Positions 1 to 11,662 of a stretch of 64,000 bases of DNA are shown here, one piece after another. The stretch lies in the NCBI GenBank assembly GCA_947493455.1, contig CANLRB010000008.1, positions 23,173-87,172 on the forward strand. Reading direction: 5' to 3'. Each line of letters starts with the position of its first letter. Position 1 is the first letter of the stretch. A model generated the notes under the pieces. The model was given only the letters and a program-made list of their open reading frames with translations, was not told where the DNA came from and searched no databases. The position numbers and the translations under genes were made by a program. The DNA comes from an uncultured Pseudoalteromonas sp. (GTDB taxonomy: Bacteria > Pseudomonadota > Gammaproteobacteria > Enterobacterales > Alteromonadaceae).

Positions 1-917
1 CACTTCCGTCAGGTAATCACGAAATTGAAATTCGCAAAGAGGGTTATGACACGTATTTTCATTCGTTAAACTTGCGTCGTTCACAAACGCTGCGTGCAAA
101 TTTACGAAAAAAAGTGCGAGTTCAAGCTGAACCCAGTCGCTCTGCAGCTGAAGAGCTTGAATCAGTCAGTACACCGCAATATACCACCAGTGCGAATTTA
201 GATTCGCCAGGTATGGTGGTTATCCCTGCTGGTGAATTTAGAATGGGTGATTTAACAGGCAATGGTTTAGCGAATGAGCAACCTGTTGTAAAAAAGATTT
301 TAAGCACTTCCTACGCAATGAATGAAAAGGAAGTGACTGTTGCGCAATTTAATTCATTCGTAAATGACACTGGCTATCAAACAGAAGCAGAAATAGGCAA
401 AGGGTGTGCTCACTATTTAAATGGTGAGCCTGTATGGGAAAAAGATTATAGTTGGCAAAACCCGGGTTATGAACAACAAGACTCATTTCCTGTGGTCTGT
501 GTTTCCTACAAAGACGCAAAAGCTTATGCGGATTGGTTAAGTGAGCAATCAGGTAACCGCTATCGCTTGCCAACGGAAGTTGAGTGGGAATATGCCGCGC
601 GCGCGGGAAAGCGAACAGACTATCCGTGGGGTAATGATATTGGTAGTAATCAAGCTAACTGTGGCTGGTGTGGCAGCTCTTGGTCAAATACCAGCGCAGC
701 GCCAGTAGGATCGTTCTCAGCAAATGATTATGGCGTTTATGACACCGTTGGCAATGTTTGGGAATGGACACAAAAAACGGCTAGTAATAAAGATGTGGCT
801 ATTCGAGGCGGTGCCTGGAACTTTGCGCCAACTTTGGCGCGGGCATCGGCGAGATTATTACTTTCAACAGATTTTCGAGCCAACTACATTGGCTTTCGTG
901 TAGTGCGAGAAAGATAA
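1..917 (+). CDS. PEGA-like domain / formylglycine-generating-enzyme (FGE-sulfatase, SUMF1) family protein, 5'-truncated by window edge
   Basis: The ORF-track frame stays open back to nt 3 (LPSGNHEIEIRKEGYDTYFHSLNL, PEGA-like). The listed M at 72 is an internal TTG. FGE-type motifs are present: RLPTEVEWEYAARAG, GNVWEWT, RGGAW, IGFRVV. Confidence 0.8.
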   Translation, partial: LPSGNHEIEIRKEGYDTYFHSLNLRRSQTLRANLRKKVRVQAEPSRSAAEELESVSTPQYTTSANLDSPGMVVIPAGEFRMGDLTGNGLANEQPVVKKILSTSYAMNEKEVTVAQFNSFVNDTGYQTEAEIGKGCAHYLNGEPVWEKDYSWQNPGYEQQDSFPVVCVSYKDAKAYADWLSEQSGNRYRLPTEVEWEYAARAGKRTDYPWGNDIGSNQANCGWCGSSWSNTSAAPVGSFSANDYGVYDTVGNVWEWTQKTASNKDVAIRGGAWNFAPTLARASARLLLSTDFRANYIGFRVVRER

Positions 918-936
918 TCTGTAAGCGAATTTGAAA

Positions 937-959
937 GGGGAGCATCAGCTCCCTTTTTT
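937..959 (+). terminator. Rho-independent terminator after the FGE-family gene
   Basis: Stem GGGAGC / GCTCCC with loop ATCA, followed by TTTTTT. Confidence 0.7.
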
Positions 960-1051
960 AATTGCTTAAAAAGCCGAAAAACTTAGCTTATAGCGCCTTT
1001 TGATGTTGCGAGTGAGGCGCTGCATTGGTAAAGTTAAATCCAGCTAACTAG

Positions 1052-2124
<1,073 letters not shown>

Positions 2125-2125
<1 letters not shown>

Positions 2126-2952
2126 TGAATTTAATATTTGGACGTAATGCTTCACTACAACTTCGCTTAATTATTGCGGTTATCTTAAGCATCCTGTTGA
2201 TGTTTGGTGACCGCTATACTGACGGTGCTTCAAAAGTACGTACTAGCTTAAATACTCTTGTGAGTCCGCTTTTTTATCTGGCAAACTTACCTTACGAACT
2301 TTTTCAAACTGGCTCAATGAGTCTGACTTCACAACAAAAGCTGATGTTGGAAAATGAACAGCTCAAAGAAGCTCAATTGCGCCACAAAGAGCAGCTTCAA
2401 CAACTCGCGTTTTTAACAAATGAAAATAACCAATTGCGTGCGTTACTTGGCGCTGTACCAAAAAGTGAAAATAAAAAATTAGTAAGCCAAGTTTTGAGCG
2501 TTCATTCAAACCCCTATAGCCATCAAGTTTTGATCAATCAAGGCTTGCTTAATCAAGTTGAAGAAAGCTTAGCGGTGGTTGATGAGTTAGGGGTTGTAGG
2601 GCAAGTCACGCAAGTGAGTTCAACAACGAGTCGGGTGTTGCTGATCACAGATACGCAACACGCCACTCCGGTTCGCATTTTACGTAATAATGTACGCACT
2701 GTGGTAGAAGGTATCGGTAAAATAGATCAAGTAAAGCTTTCACATGTGCCGCACAGTATGGATGTTCGCATTGGTGACGTATTAGTAACATCGGGTTTAG
2801 GCGGCGTTTTTCCGGAAGGCTATCCGGTGGCGACTGTTACCGAGATCGAACGTAATGAAGGGCGACCTTTTGCGCGAGTTTATGCAAAACCGATTGCGCA
2901 ACTCGATCGTTTACGGTTACTTATTTTATTGTGGCGTAAGGAACAATTATGA
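2125..2952 (+). CDS. mreC: Rod-shape-determining protein MreC
   Basis: Start overlaps the mreB stop (TAATG). N-terminal TM segment, coiled coil, C-terminal beta-rich domain (GLGGVFPEGYPVA). Confidence 0.92.
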
Positions 2953-3425
2953 CGCGTCATATGGGCTATATACTCTTATCAATTTTTGCAGCACTGGTGC
3001 TTGCGATCATGCCTTTGCCGATTGCATTTGAACCTTATCGTCCCGATGTTGTTCTATTGGTCCTTATATATTGGTCGCTTGCATTACCACATCGAGTAAA
3101 TATCACGCTGGCCTGGATTTCGGGTTTGGTTATCGATCTTGCGTTAGGATCACCCTTAGGTATTCATTCTTTAGCTTATTCTTTGGTTATTTATATCACA
3201 GCGAGCAACTATCAAAAGTTTCGTAATTTTAGTATTTGGCAACAATCATTGTTGCTGGCGTTGTTTTTGGCGTTGTACTACCTCGTGGTATTTTGGCTTA
3301 ATCACTTTTTAATTGATATTTACTTTCTTCCTCAGTACTTGTGGCCGGTAGCGACCGGTGCGCTGTGCTGGCCGTGGCTATTTTTGTTACTGCGTAAGTA
3401 TCGTCGCCACTTTAGGATCCGTTAA
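2949..3425 (+). CDS. mreD: Rod-shape-determining protein MreD
   Basis: 158 aa polytopic membrane protein. 4-nt overlap with mreC; conserved position in the mre operon. Confidence 0.88.
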   Translation: MTRHMGYILLSIFAALVLAIMPLPIAFEPYRPDVVLLVLIYWSLALPHRVNITLAWISGLVIDLALGSPLGIHSLAYSLVIYITASNYQKFRNFSIWQQSLLLALFLALYYLVVFWLNHFLIDIYFLPQYLWPVATGALCWPWLFLLLRKYRRHFRIR

Positions 3426-3994
3426 TGGCACATAAAATTTATTTGGCTTCAGCTTCTCCAAGGCGCAAACAATTACTCGCAACTTTAGACGTCGATTTTA
3501 AGCAATTTTCAGTGGATGCGGATGAAACACCGTTAGAGAGTGAATCAGCGACAGAACTTGTTACACGATTAGCCTGTCTAAAAGCACAAACAGGTGTTAA
3601 TTTGGGGTATACTGATCGCCCAGTTTTAGGGTCCGACACAATCGTCGTGCTCGACGGTAAAGCCTTAGGCAAACCGTTAGATAAACAAGATGGCATTGCT
3701 ATGCTTTCTGCTTTATCTGGGCGTACACACCAAGTGATGACCGCCATTGCAATTGCAGACAGTAGCAATGTGGCGTGTGAATTAGTTACTACAGAAGTGA
3801 CCTTTAAACAACTATCAAAGCAAGAAATAGAAAATTACTGGGCATCAGGTGAACCGCAAGATAAAGCGGGTAGTTACGGTATTCAAGGACTCGCAGGCCA
3901 ATTTGTGACGAATATTAATGGCAGCTATTTTTCGGTTGTTGGTTTACCCTTATATGAAACGAAACAGTTGATTGACAAATACTTTAGGAAATAA
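3425..3994 (+). CDS. maf: Maf-family nucleoside-triphosphate pyrophosphatase (YhdE-like)
   Basis: 189 aa. Motifs LASASPRRKQLL and GAYGIQG-like (GSYGIQG). Follows mreD as in E. coli. Confidence 0.9.
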   Translation: MAHKIYLASASPRRKQLLATLDVDFKQFSVDADETPLESESATELVTRLACLKAQTGVNLGYTDRPVLGSDTIVVLDGKALGKPLDKQDGIAMLSALSGRTHQVMTAIAIADSSNVACELVTTEVTFKQLSKQEIENYWASGEPQDKAGSYGIQGLAGQFVTNINGSYFSVVGLPLYETKQLIDKYFRK

Positions 3995-3995
3995 C

Positions 3996-5465
3996 ATGAG
4001 TTCTGAACTGCTAATTAATGTTACGCCAAGTGAAAGCCGAGTCGCGCTGATCGAAAATGGTGTGCTGCAAGAAGTTCAACTCGAACGACAAGGCAACCTG
4101 GGCATTGTTGGGAACATCTATTTAGGTAAGGTGAGTCGAGTATTACCTGGAATGCAAGCTGCTTTTGTCGATATTGGTTTAGAGAAAGCAGCGTTTTTAC
4201 ATGCCAGCGACATCGTTAGTAAGGCAACAATTGAAGAAGAGGTTGCCGAACCAGTTAAAAAAGTAAAGGACATTCGAACTTTAGTCAGTCAAGGTCAGTT
4301 TATCATTGTACAGGTAGTGAAAGATCCGCTTGGTACTAAAGGTGCGCGTCTGACTACTGACATCACCATCCCTTCGCGCTATCTGGTGTTTATGCCCGAT
4401 GCGACACATATTGGCGTGTCGCAACGTATTGAAACCGAAACCGAGCGTGAGCGCTTGAAGCAAGTTGTATTGCCTTTTCATGATCAGGAAGGTGGTTTTA
4501 TTGTGCGTACGGCCGCTGAAGGCGCATCTGAAAAAGAACTTGCGCACGATGCTAAATTTTTGAAAAAGCTATGGCATAAAATCTCTAAAAAACGTAATAA
4601 GACGAGAAAGGCAGCGATATTACACGAAGATCTTACACTTGCATTTCGTACATTACGCGATTATGTCGGCGAAGATATGGAGCGAATTCGAGTCGATTCG
4701 AAACTAACATATCAACAACTCAAAGCGTTTACAGAAGAGTTTGTGCCTGAGCTATCTAGTGCGCTAGAGTACTACCCCGGCGAGCGCCCTATATTTGACT
4801 TATTTAGTGTCGAGAACGAAATACAAAAAGCATTAAAGCGAAAAGTCGAACTCAAATCGGGCGGCTATTTAATTTTTGATCAAACCGAGGCGATGACGAC
4901 TGTCGATGTTAATACTGGTGCATTTGTTGGTCATCGCAATTTAGAAGAAACCATTTTTAATACCAATATTGAGGCAACACAAGCGATTGCCCGTCAACTT
5001 AGGTTAAGAAACCTTGGCGGTATCATCATTATCGATTTCATCGATATGATATCTGCTGAACACAAACGACGTGTACTGCATTCGCTGGAAGTCGGTCTTG
5101 CGCCTGATCGCGCAAAAACCAATATCAATGGCTTTTCTGCACTTGGCTTAGTTGAAATGACGCGTAAACGTACGCGCGAAAGTTTAGAGCACATACTGTG
5201 TGGCGAATGCCCTGTATGCCATGGCCGAGGCGCATTGAAAACGACTGAAACAGTGTGTTACGAGATTTTAAGAGAAATCGTGCGCGTGAATAGGGCTTAT
5301 GATGCAACCAAATTTGTGGTTTATGCATCACCTGCTGTGAGTGAGGCTTTGATTAATGATGAGTATCATAATTTAGCAGAATTAGAATTGTTTATTGGAA
5401 AGCAGGTTAATATTCAAACAGAAAGCTTGTATAACCAAGAGCAATTTGATGTGGTGATGATGTAG
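3996..5465 (+). CDS. rng: Ribonuclease G
   Basis: ATG at 3996 preceded by AGGAA; 489 aa, the same length as E. coli RNase G. S1 domain (GNIYLGKVSRVLPGMQAAFVDIG) and CPVCHGRG zinc link. The ORF-track TTG at 3972 overlaps maf and is not preferred. Confidence 0.93.
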   Translation: MSSELLINVTPSESRVALIENGVLQEVQLERQGNLGIVGNIYLGKVSRVLPGMQAAFVDIGLEKAAFLHASDIVSKATIEEEVAEPVKKVKDIRTLVSQGQFIIVQVVKDPLGTKGARLTTDITIPSRYLVFMPDATHIGVSQRIETETERERLKQVVLPFHDQEGGFIVRTAAEGASEKELAHDAKFLKKLWHKISKKRNKTRKAAILHEDLTLAFRTLRDYVGEDMERIRVDSKLTYQQLKAFTEEFVPELSSALEYYPGERPIFDLFSVENEIQKALKRKVELKSGGYLIFDQTEAMTTVDVNTGAFVGHRNLEETIFNTNIEATQAIARQLRLRNLGGIIIIDFIDMISAEHKRRVLHSLEVGLAPDRAKTNINGFSALGLVEMTRKRTRESLEHILCGECPVCHGRGALKTTETVCYEILREIVRVNRAYDATKFVVYASPAVSEALINDEYHNLAELELFIGKQVNIQTESLYNQEQFDVVMM

Positions 5466-8400
5466 TGCAACGGATCCGCCACATAACTTTCTGGTGTTTG
5501 CGTAAAACATGGCAATTAGTAGCGATCACCCTTGTCTTGCTTGCGGTGATAATCTCGGCACTGAAATATTCGCTACCTTATGCGAATGATTACCGCACCG
5601 AATTAGAAGCGATGCTCAATGAGCAGCTTGGCGTCGATCTGCGTATTGGTTCAATTTCTGCTGGTTGGGAGCGCACAGGTCCAGCCTTGGTGCTCAACGA
5701 TGTTGATTTTAATGGTCGAGCTGAGTCTGGCATCTCGTTGCAAATCGCGCAAACTCGATTACATTTGAACTTATGGCAGTCGAGTATTCAACAGCGTCTT
5801 GTTTCAAACTATTTTGTATTGTCAGGAGTTGAAGCTAAGATCAACATGCAGCAGCTTTCCTCTTCGCAAACGCAAGGTGGGGAACAGCAGGATGGCCAAA
5901 TCGCTTTACTCGAAACCTTATTATTAGCAGATAGTGGCCACTTTGCTATCGAAAATAGCCAAATTGATATCCAAATGCTTACCGGGCAAGAACGTCAGGT
6001 AGCGATAGATCGTATTACGTGGCAAAACAAAAATACAAAACATCAAGGTGTCGGCTATATTCATTTCCCAAGTATTAGTGACAACTCGATTGAAGTGATT
6101 TTTGACCTCTATGGTGAACATTTTGATGATTCGTTTGGCGAATTGTATTTAACTGGCAGTAGCTTAAATATTACCCCTTGGCTTGCCGCATTTCTTCCCG
6201 ATAACGTTGAAAAGTTACAATCAGATATTAATTTTCAAAGTTGGGCTCGATTCAAAAATTCAGGTTTTGAAAATATTCAGTTAAATTGGCAACCCAGCAG
6301 CATTGCATGGGAAAAACCATCAAAAAATAAAATAGAAATCGCTCAAGGTAGCGTGCGATGGTATCCGACAGGCAATGATTGGCAAATTCAGACAGCCCCC
6401 CACTTGGTTAAATCTAATGGTAGGGCTTGGCCTGAATTAAACGTCACAATTAATAAAGACAATGAAGTCTTTACTTTAAAAACTGAGCGCTTAGACCTTG
6501 AGTTGGTGAACCCGCTTACGCAATTAATTAATATTGATCAGTTGGCTCATGTCGGTCCACTCTCTTTGCAAGGACAAGTCCAATACCTTTTCTTAGAATA
6601 CGCTTCAAGCGAGCAATTTACGGTTGCAACTGAAGTTGAACAGTTAGCTTGGAAACCATATAACGAGCTCCCAGGGGCACAAGACATTGACTTTCAGCTC
6701 GCTTTCAATCAAACGCAAGGTCGCGTACAACTTAATTCAGAAGATAATTATTTGCTAACTGGCGACTTATTTAGCCAAGCCTTGTCGTACAAGCAGTTAA
6801 ATCTGGAACTTGACTTTATTAAAGAGCACGGCGATTGGCGCGTATTTTCCGATCAAATTTGGCTTCATAATGAAGACTTAACCTTAGCTGCAGAACTTGA
6901 TTTGCGGTTAAATGCTGACCCGTCGATGGCTCTTTATGCCGAGATGTATGGCCCTAAAGCGCTTGCTGCGCGTCGTTACTTTCCGCGTGGATATATGCCC
7001 CAGTCCACAATTGACTATTTAAATGCGTCGATTAAAGATGGTGAAGTAAAAAAAGCGCAAGTGTTATGGCAAGGGGCGTTTAGCGATTTTCCATATCGAG
7101 AAAGAGAAGGGCAATTTACCGTTAAAGCTGAGGTTAAAGATGCGGTTTTTAATTTTACGCCGAGTTGGCCTAATATAAGAGAACTCGATATTGAGCTGTT
7201 ATTTGACAATCAGAAAATGCAAATTCAGTCAAAGCGCGGTATGCTTGCGGGTTTGCAATTGAATGATGATGTTGTTGTTTCGATTGAAGACTTAATCGAA
7301 TCAAACCAACTATATGTAGACATAGAGACGCAGCAAAATGGGGCTGAACTGCAGCCATTTTTTGCTAAAACACCACTCACGACAAGTCTTGGCGAGGTTT
7401 TAGAAATCGTTCAAGGGAGCGGTGTTGTTACTGGGAAAACACGTATTTCGGTGCCGTTTGAAAGTGATAAAGAAATCAGTGTGAACGGCATGGTCACGCT
7501 CAAAGATAATACGGTTTTTATTACTCAACCGGGCATCCCATTTGACAATGTGACAGGCAACTTACATTTTAACAATGAAACCATTGAAATGCGTGATATC
7601 AGCGCAAATTGGCTCGGCTTGCCGCTTACCTTTAGTTTAAATGGAGCGCAAAATAAAAATGTATACCAATTAAAAGCAAGTGCTTTAGGAGAGTGGAATA
7701 TTGCTCACCTGCTGGAGCAGGCTGGTGGCATGATGTCGCCGTATCTTGTTGGTAAAACACCATTGCAACTTGATTTCACGATGGACTTACCAAGTCAAGG
7801 GTTTAGTTATGAAGTCAATGTCTCGTCTGCGCTAACCGGGCTGACGAGTTCATTGCCCGCGCCGTATCAAAAAAGCGAAGACCAAAGTTGGCCGCTAAAA
7901 ATTCATGTGCGCGGTGATGAAATTTCTAATTTGGTTACTGCATCGATAAATAACAAGTTGTACTTCAATAGTATTATTGAAAATGAAGCGGCGAAAATGA
8001 CTAATGCGCATCTTATTTTAGGTCAACAGGATCTAGGTTTAAATGCCAGTGAGTTTGACGTGTCGGTTAATCTTGATAGTGCAGATATATTAGATTGGAT
8101 CCCAGTTATTGATCATATCATAGGGCAAACGGGACAAGAGAGTAGCAGTGACTTTATGCCGTCGTTACGCAAAATTAATGCAAAAATTGATAATGCGTCT
8201 TTGTCTGAAATTGCATTTAATGATCTTAGTGTCGAATTAGCAAACTTGAGCCAATCGACTCAGCTTACTTTGCAAGCGAAGGAGTTACGCGCGGAGGTGA
8301 GTATTCCTAAAGTGCTAGCACAGCGCCCAATTTACATTGAAACCGACTATTTGCGTCTTAACTTCAAAGAACTCCCAGAAAATGCTGACAAAGATGAGAT

Positions 8401-9355
8401 TTATGACGAACAGCAAGATAATACGTGGTTGACTCATCTGCCTTCAATTCGTTTTAGCTGTTTAGACTGTAAAGTAGATAATTATCAGTTGGATAAAGTT
8501 AATATTGATTTAGATCCTGCGCAAGATGGGATAGCCATTAGTCGTTTAAGCATTGATAAAGGGAAACACCGTTTTAATGGGCAAGGGCGCTGGCAAAATG
8601 ATATTAGTACGTTGCAGGGTAAATTTGACAGTAAAGATATTGGCGAGTTGGCAGATGAATTTGATTTAACGTCATCAATTAAGGATTCAACAGCAAAAGC
8701 GAGTATCGACTTATCGTGGCAAGGTACACCGTATCAATTTGATAAAAAGTCCTTGAATGGTGAAATGAACTGGCAATTGGGGCAAGGGCACTTAACAGAT
8801 ATTAGCGATGGTGGTGCGCGCGTTTTCTCATTGTTGAGTCTTGACTCTCTGGTTCGAAAACTTAAACTCGATTTTCGTGACGTGTTTTCTAAAGGTTTCT
8901 TTTACAATAGCATGCAAGGTAGTGTGCAATTGCAAGACGGAATTGCAAGCACTGAGGATACGACAATGGATGGGGTTCCTGCAGATCTTACTATTAAAGG
9001 CTATGCTAATTTAGTTAGCCAAGAGATTAATTATGATATGGCCGTTGCGCCAGAAGTGACATCGAGTATACCTGTGATCGTTGCTTGGATGGTGAATCCT
9101 GTTACGGGTCTGGCGGCATTAGCACTTGATAAAGTGATCCACTCCGCTCGCGTTATCTCCGAAATCGAATTTGAAATTACCGGGACGTTCGAAAATCCGG
9201 TGGTTACTGAAAAAGGACGTAAGAGCCGGGAAGTTGAACTGCCACAAGTGAAACCTAAAAATGATGCCAAAGATAGCGTAGAGCAGCAAAAGCTAAAGCA
9301 GCAACTGCAACAAGAGCTCGAACAAGAGGTTTCGCAAATAAAGCAGGGGAATTAA
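5465..9355 (+). CDS. yhdP: YhdP-family (AsmA-like) large envelope protein
   Basis: 1296 aa with an N-terminal TM helix. GTG overlaps the rng stop. Lies between rng and tldD as in E. coli yhdP. Confidence 0.8.
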   Translation: MQRIRHITFWCLRKTWQLVAITLVLLAVIISALKYSLPYANDYRTELEAMLNEQLGVDLRIGSISAGWERTGPALVLNDVDFNGRAESGISLQIAQTRLHLNLWQSSIQQRLVSNYFVLSGVEAKINMQQLSSSQTQGGEQQDGQIALLETLLLADSGHFAIENSQIDIQMLTGQERQVAIDRITWQNKNTKHQGVGYIHFPSISDNSIEVIFDLYGEHFDDSFGELYLTGSSLNITPWLAAFLPDNVEKLQSDINFQSWARFKNSGFENIQLNWQPSSIAWEKPSKNKIEIAQGSVRWYPTGNDWQIQTAPHLVKSNGRAWPELNVTINKDNEVFTLKTERLDLELVNPLTQLINIDQLAHVGPLSLQGQVQYLFLEYASSEQFTVATEVEQLAWKPYNELPGAQDIDFQLAFNQTQGRVQLNSEDNYLLTGDLFSQALSYKQLNLELDFIKEHGDWRVFSDQIWLHNEDLTLAAELDLRLNADPSMALYAEMYGPKALAARRYFPRGYMPQSTIDYLNASIKDGEVKKAQVLWQGAFSDFPYREREGQFTVKAEVKDAVFNFTPSWPNIRELDIELLFDNQKMQIQSKRGMLAGLQLNDDVVVSIEDLIESNQLYVDIETQQNGAELQPFFAKTPLTTSLGEVLEIVQGSGVVTGKTRISVPFESDKEISVNGMVTLKDNTVFITQPGIPFDNVTGNLHFNNETIEMRDISANWLGLPLTFSLNGAQNKNVYQLKASALGEWNIAHLLEQAGGMMSPYLVGKTPLQLDFTMDLPSQGFSYEVNVSSALTGLTSSLPAPYQKSEDQSWPLKIHVRGDEISNLVTASINNKLYFNSIIENEAAKMTNAHLILGQQDLGLNASEFDVSVNLDSADILDWIPVIDHIIGQTGQESSSDFMPSLRKINAKIDNASLSEIAFNDLSVELANLSQSTQLTLQAKELRAEVSIPKVLAQRPIYIETDYLRLNFKELPENADKDEIYDEQQDNTWLTHLPSIRFSCLDCKVDNYQLDKVNIDLDPAQDGIAISRLSIDKGKHRFNGQGRWQNDISTLQGKFDSKDIGELADEFDLTSSIKDSTAKASIDLSWQGTPYQFDKKSLNGEMNWQLGQGHLTDISDGGARVFSLLSLDSLVRKLKLDFRDVFSKGFFYNSMQGSVQLQDGIASTEDTTMDGVPADLTIKGYANLVSQEINYDMAVAPEVTSSIPVIVAWMVNPVTGLAALALDKVIHSARVISEIEFEITGTFENPVVTEKGRKSREVELPQVKPKNDAKDSVEQQKLKQQLQQELEQEVSQIKQGN

Positions 9356-9356
9356 G

Positions 9357-10175
9357 GTGTTTGTTGCTATTCAACTAAATAGTAAAAGTTGTGTCGAAAC
9401 TAATTTGTATGAGGTTGCACAACAGCTTAAAAAATTACCTAAACAGCGTCCGCTACTGGTTGTTTTGCCCGAGTGTTTTGCGTTATTTGATGCCGGTGCA
9501 ACAGCACAACTTGAATTTGCGCAAGATGGTCGTTACCAACAAGTACTGACTCAACTGAGTCAATGGTGCTTGGAGTACAAAATATGGATGGTTGCCGGCA
9601 CAGTTCCGATACCATGTGATGAAAAATTTTATGCTGCATCGGTGGTATTTGATGATACAGGGCGCAATATTGCTCAATACAACAAGATCCACTTATTTGA
9701 TGTTGAAATAGATGATGGTACAAAAAGTTATCGAGAATCGACATATACGGAATATGGCCAGCAGCTCGTTGTTGTTGATTCACCTTTTGGTAAGTTAGGC
9801 GTTGCGGTCTGTTATGATATTCGTTTTCCGGGCTTATTTAGTGCAATGAGCGAATTAGGTGCTGAAGTCGTCGCCATTCCGGCCGCTTTTACCGTACCAA
9901 CAGGGCTGGCACATTGGCAGCCGTTACTGCAAGCAAGAGCAATTGAAAATCAGTTTTTTGTCGTTGCTGCGGCCACGGTTGGCCAGCATGATAATGGTCG
10001 AGAAACCTATGGTCATAGTATGGTAATTGATCCCTGGGGCGAAATTGTGGCCAATGCCTATGAAGACGTTGGCAATATAGTATACTTAGCGAATAGAAAA
10101 CAGCTTTGCCAAATCCGCAATAAGATGCCTGTGTTAACGCATAGCAAGTTTAAATACGAGTTTAAAAATGACTGA
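9357..10175 (+). CDS. Carbon-nitrogen hydrolase (nitrilase superfamily) protein
   Basis: Glu-Lys-Cys triad contexts: [23 protein letters not shown]. Confidence 0.85.
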   Translation: MFVAIQLNSKSCVETNLYEVAQQLKKLPKQRPLLVVLPECFALFDAGATAQLEFAQDGRYQQVLTQLSQWCLEYKIWMVAGTVPIPCDEKFYAASVVFDDTGRNIAQYNKIHLFDVEIDDGTKSYRESTYTEYGQQLVVVDSPFGKLGVAVCYDIRFPGLFSAMSELGAEVVAIPAAFTVPTGLAHWQPLLQARAIENQFFVVAAATVGQHDNGRETYGHSMVIDPWGEIVANAYEDVGNIVYLANRKQLCQIRNKMPVLTHSKFKYEFKND

Positions 10176-11613
10176 CAATGTAGAAGTAAATTTATTAGAG
10201 AATAGTCAATTAAATCGCCAAAGTTTATTAGATACTTTAGCGATAATTCATCAGCATCAAATTGACTATGCTGATCTCTATTTCCAATCGAGTCATCATG
10301 AATCTTGGGTGCTTGAAGACGGTATTGTTAAAGAAGGATCGTACAATATTGAACGCGGAGTGGGTGTACGTGCTGTTAGTGGCGAGAAAACGGGGTTTTC
10401 GTACTCGGACGCAATAAATAAAGACGCACTTACTAACGCAGCGCTCGCCGCTCGCAGTATTTGCGGGTCAGGCGGTACACAAAAAGTCGCTAGATTTAAT
10501 CAAGTCGATACGCCATCTCGATTTACCACAAGCATGCCCATAACCAGCTTAAATGACAGTGATAAAATAGATCTACTGCGTCAAGTTGAAAATCATATTC
10601 GTAAAATCGCTCCTGAGGCACAACAGGTAATTAGCTCTCTTTCTGCGGTTTACGAAGAAGTACTTATCGCAGCGAGTGACGGTACGTTTGCAACTGATAT
10701 TCGTCCTCTTATAAGATTAAATTGTTCAGTGCTACTTGAAAAAGACGGCAAGCGTGAACGTGGTGGAGCGGGCGGCGGCGCGCGTATGGATTATGGCTAT
10801 TTTTATGAGCTAGTTGATGGTCAACCACGCTGGATGAGTTATGCAGATGAAGCGGTACGTCAAGCGCGTGTCAACTTAACTGCAGTTGAAGCGCCGGCGG
10901 GTACGATGCCAGTCGTTTTAGCGGGTGGCTGGCCAGGTGTTTTATTACATGAAGCGGTGGGGCACGGCTTGGAGGGCGACTTTAACCGTAAAGGTGCTTC
11001 CACATTTAGTAACCGAGTCGGTGAGCAGGTAGCCTCTAGTTTATGTACGGTTGTCGATGATGGCACGCTCGCTAATCGTCGTGGATCACTCAATATAGAT
11101 GATGAAGGGGTTCCGGGCGCGTATAACACGTTAATTGAAAACGGCATTTTGAAAGGGTATATGCAAGATAAGCTAAATGCCCGTTTGATGGGTGTCAACC
11201 CAACTGGTAATGGGCGCCGCGAATCCTATGCGCATTTGCCAATGCCACGAATGACCAATACCTATATGCTACCAGGCGAAAGCACACAGCAAGAAATTAT
11301 TGAAAGCGTTGAAAACGGTATTTTCGCGACTAATTTTGGCGGTGGTCAGGTTGATATTACTTCCGGTAAATTTGTATTCTCTGCATCTGAAGCCTACTTG
11401 ATAGAGAATGGTAAAGTGACCCAACCGATTAAAGGGGCGACGTTAATCGGTAATGGACCCGATGTAATGCACAAAATTTCAATGGTTGGGAATGACTTAG
11501 AGTTAGACAAAGGAGTTGGCATTTGTGGCAAAGACGGTCAAAGTGTTCCTGTGGGTGTCGGTCAACCTAGTCTTAAAATTGATGAACTCACCGTAGGTGG
11601 TACGGCGAGTTAA
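10168..11613 (+). CDS. tldD: Metalloprotease TldD
   Basis: 481 aa. [11 protein letters not shown] zinc motif. 8-nt overlap with the upstream hydrolase gene. Confidence 0.95.
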   Translation: MTDNVEVNLLENSQLNRQSLLDTLAIIHQHQIDYADLYFQSSHHESWVLEDGIVKEGSYNIERGVGVRAVSGEKTGFSYSDAINKDALTNAALAARSICGSGGTQKVARFNQVDTPSRFTTSMPITSLNDSDKIDLLRQVENHIRKIAPEAQQVISSLSAVYEEVLIAASDGTFATDIRPLIRLNCSVLLEKDGKRERGGAGGGARMDYGYFYELVDGQPRWMSYADEAVRQARVNLTAVEAPAGTMPVVLAGGWPGVLLHEAVGHGLEGDFNRKGASTFSNRVGEQVASSLCTVVDDGTLANRRGSLNIDDEGVPGAYNTLIENGILKGYMQDKLNARLMGVNPTGNGRRESYAHLPMPRMTNTYMLPGESTQQEIIESVENGIFATNFGGGQVDITSGKFVFSASEAYLIENGKVTQPIKGATLIGNGPDVMHKISMVGNDLELDKGVGICGKDGQSVPVGVGQPSLKIDELTVGGTAS

Positions 11614-11618
11614 ATTGC

Positions 11619-11643
11619 GATGACCAAGGTTCTATTGGTCATC
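11619..11643. terminator. Hairpin between the convergent tldD and Ig-repeat lipoprotein genes
   Basis: GATGACCAA-N7-TTGGTCATC, a perfect 9-bp stem in a 49-bp convergent gap. No strong T-run. Confidence 0.5.
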
Positions 11644-11662
11644 CTTCTTTATACGAATGCCA

